Positions 61,245-64,000 of a DNA stretch of 64,000 nt are shown piece after piece; the stretch's first letter is position 1, and each line of letters begins with the position of its first letter. Source of the stretch: Mantamonas sphyraenae STR306 (Eukaryota > Protista > CRuMs); assembly GCA_026936335.1 (NCBI GenBank), contig JAPMXV010000004.1:1-64000 (forward strand). The letters run 5' to 3'. The translations under genes and the position numbers were made by a program. A model generated the notes under the pieces. That model worked only from the letters and a program-made list of their open reading frames with translations, searched no databases and had not been told where the DNA came from.

Positions 61245-62259
61245 CTACTCGTTGCGTTGGAGGGCTTTTCGCAGGGCGTCCGTGCGCTCCAAGGCGTGGT
61301 CCATACACTGTTCAAACACATCCTTGGTGAAGCCCACTCCTCCTGGTTTGTACACACCACACAGCTTGCCCTGCTCATTGAACACCACAGATAGGCGAGT
61401 GTCCAGCAGCAGTTCCTCTTCGTTGGTTGGGTCCGCAAGCAAGACGCCGTCAAACATGCCAAAGGAGGCGGCCAGTGGCACGTACGCAAGCTCCAGTGAC
61501 CGACATGCCTCTTCTCGCCTGTCTGCCACAACTTCCCCTGTGTCCTTGAGTTGGATGCTTGGCAGGCGCACTGGGTGGGTGAGTGAGTGAGTGAGTGTCT
61601 GTGTCAGTGATGGTGGTGGGGTGCACGGACCAGTGTCCTCCACACACGCTGGCAAGGGGGACATTACCATCCAACAAGGCAGCCATCAATGCCAGCAACG
61701 CAGCGTCGTTGACATTGCCATCATGGTCAATACAAACGAGGTCCACGTGGAGGACCCAAACAAGCCCACTGGCCTCGTCCACAAGCTGAGTCTTGTCCAA
61801 GGCCCCCGATGCGTCCACAATGTCCTGCAGGAACTCAGTCACCGTGTCTGCTTCCTCAGATGGCTTGCCAATGCGGAAGCGTGACGAACACAAGGGTGAC
61901 AGGGTGGTGGATACCACTGTGTGTGGGGGCAGGGAGAGAGGGAGCGGGTGGTGAGTGAGTGTGCAGGCAAGCTGTGCCACGCTCCTCCTTTCCCATGGCT
62001 TACCAACAAATCCGTGGACATTCTCATCGTCCAATGGCTTGGCCACCTCTGCTTTGATGCCTGCCACAATGGTTGTGTTGCCCACCTTGGCCAAGGCACT
62101 GCCGTCGCTGGAGGAGACCACGCCTGTGCTGACCACCGAGTCTCGAAACTTGAGCAGGGCCCTACCGTCTGCACGCACCTCCTTCTCCACAAATGCCTTG
62201 TGGTATGACTTGGGATGCACCTTGCGGAACACCTCCTCGGCATCTCGTTCCGACGACAT
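61245..62259 (-). CDS. EXOSC8: Exosome subunit RRP43, two introns
   Basis: RADGR..FR, DGSALAKVGNTTIVAGIKAE, DLVCIDHDGNV.DA, LLADPTNEEE, KPGG. Confidence 0.9.
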
Positions 62260-62323
62260 CGATGGGGGGGTGTGTGTCGTTGGCGTTGGTCGTGCACGCT
62301 GTCCCACACAAGCCAATTGCCCC

Positions 62324-62805
62324 ATGTCTGTGCAGGATGTGATGCAGCTGAGTCTGGCCTTGGTGGGCAGTGTCCTCCTGGTCGCTCTTTTGGGCTTCCT
62401 GGGTGAGTTGACCCCACTCGGTGGACCCACCGACAGAGCACGCGGGGAAAGCCCTCTCTTGCGTCACGATGAACAGATCAAACACCCTGCGCACACACGT
62501 ACACTCCCCACACATTCCTCACACCCTCACACGCATTTGTATGCACGCGCACATGCGACCGTGTCTCTCCACACATGATCGCATTCCACTGGCTGTGTTG
62601 GGCCTCTGTGCCGCACTCTGTGTGTTTCCCCGTGGTCCATTCCTCCGGCCTACACACAGGATGGTATGTTCTCTGGAACCTGTACCTGTCCCAAATCGAC
62701 CCACTGCGCGAACTCATTGGCCTCAAACCGCTCAAGAAGAAGATGTACAAAGACGAGGCGGATATGCACGAGCAAACGGGGGGCGGGAAGAAGAAAACCA
62801 CTTGA
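62324..62805 (+). CDS. SMIM13: SMIM13 (DUF4750)-like small membrane protein, one intron
   Basis: TM exon ...LLGFL|G joined to WYVLWNLYLSQIDPLRELIG, resembling the recalled GWYFVWHLFLSKF..LRELVG. Confidence 0.72.
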
Positions 62806-62839
62806 TTCCCACCATTCCATCATTGTTTGTGTGTGTGTG

Positions 62840-63782
62840 TCAATCCCGTTGAACACGGGGCAGCATGTGTTTTGCCGAAGAGGAGGCAGATGAGGAGGAG
62901 GAGGAGGAGGAGGAGGAGGGGGCCATGGGATTGGCAAACGCGGTGAGTGCCTGTGCGCTGGCCTGCTCTCTGTCCTGTTGGCCTCCGAGCTGGCCATGAC
63001 TTGCCAGCTTGGGCTTCGTTGACCCACCCTGCTGTTTGTCACCCTTGTTGCGTACTTTGAAGTGCATGCGAAGGGTAAACACCTTTCGCTCCTTGTCCCA
63101 CGAGGTGTGGAACTTGCCCCGTGTCTTGTCCACCTCCATGTTGGGGATGCGGAATGCCACCGTTGTGTATGGCGGTCCTGCAAACAACAGGTACTGATAC
63201 TTGGGGTCGGGTCGGTCTACACGCTGTTCAAACGCACTCATGAAGCGGTGGCGCGGTTGGAAGCCACGGTTGATCTCGGGAAAGTCCACCTCGAAGATCA
63301 GCGACTTTTGTCCCGACGTCTTGTCCACCTGTTTGGTCACACGGTATCCTGGTGTGCCAATGGTGTGTACCTTTTCCCTGCGTGTGCGTTGGGCCACTCT
63401 GAAGGGTGTTGGTGTCGTTTTGTGGTGTCAGTCGCCCGCCCGTGTCTGGTTCTCTTCTCCTCCCCCTCTCACTCTCTCCCTGTGTGTGTTTCTGTGTGTG
63501 GTTGAATGGCCGCAACCATAAAACATACGGGGCTGCTTCTGTCTCTCGCTCCTTGGCTTCACGAAGAGCTGTGTGGGATCAATAGGAACAGGGTCAGCCT
63601 TCCGGGACGGCGTTGCACCGCACACACGTTGTACACCATCCCACCACCCTACCTCGTCGCTTCAGTCCCTCTTGATGCCTCCTTCCCTGTGTGTGTGCCA
63701 GATAGGAAGCCTCGTTTGTGTGCAGAGTGAGGCACAGCTTGCACTCGTAGCTTCCGTAGTTGTTGCGCATAAAATACGGGTC
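62840..63782 (-). CDS. SF3A2: Splicing factor SF3A2 (Prp11); 5' exon(s) not identified, probably beyond the window
   Basis: Exons DPYFMRNNYGSYECKLCLTLHTNEASYLAHTQGRRH and IGTPGYRVTKQ...PRHRFMSAFEQ. Confidence 0.95.
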
Positions 63783-64000
63783 CTGTGGATGGGGATGTGC
63801 CCATGTAAGTCTCCATCCACGCTCTGTATGCTACACAGCTGCACATGCACCGGACACTGAGCATGGTCCATTCGTCTGGACCGCAACGGCGATGGTGTCA
63901 AGTCGCATGGGCGCGCTTTCCGTTGCTTTCCACGCGTCCCACAACCACCCACACTCCCTCACACCCAACCCATGGTCGCCCCGTGCATATGTACCACTCC

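Overview
Left end of a chromosome from a GC-rich, extremely gene-dense microbial eukaryote (organism not identifiable from sequence alone). A (CCCTAA)n telomere (1-238) is followed almost directly by a short variable zone: a ~1080-aa putative nuclear protein carrying four copies of an unrecognised ~185-aa domain, and an LRR-ankyrin protein with an 84-bp repeat array. After that come about 30 mostly housekeeping genes with short spliceosomal introns: YeeE/YedE, EAPP, TMEM243, M19 dipeptidase, PA28, mS23, INTS1, UCHL5, YIF1, FSIP1-like, WASHC4, CRNKL1, spastin/fidgetin, PMS2, DDX42, CTU2, FabZ-like, TBC, SRPK, RhoGEF, APC1, RRP43, SMIM13 and SF3A2. The most unusual aspect is gene architecture: divergent start codons 7 nt apart, same-strand stop-to-start gaps of 8-21 nt, convergent coding overlap, introns at or inside start codons, and a strand-specific G/C skew that flips near 35 kb. 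Three single-base frameshifts are probably assembly errors. Gene identities come from recalled motifs; no database search was run.
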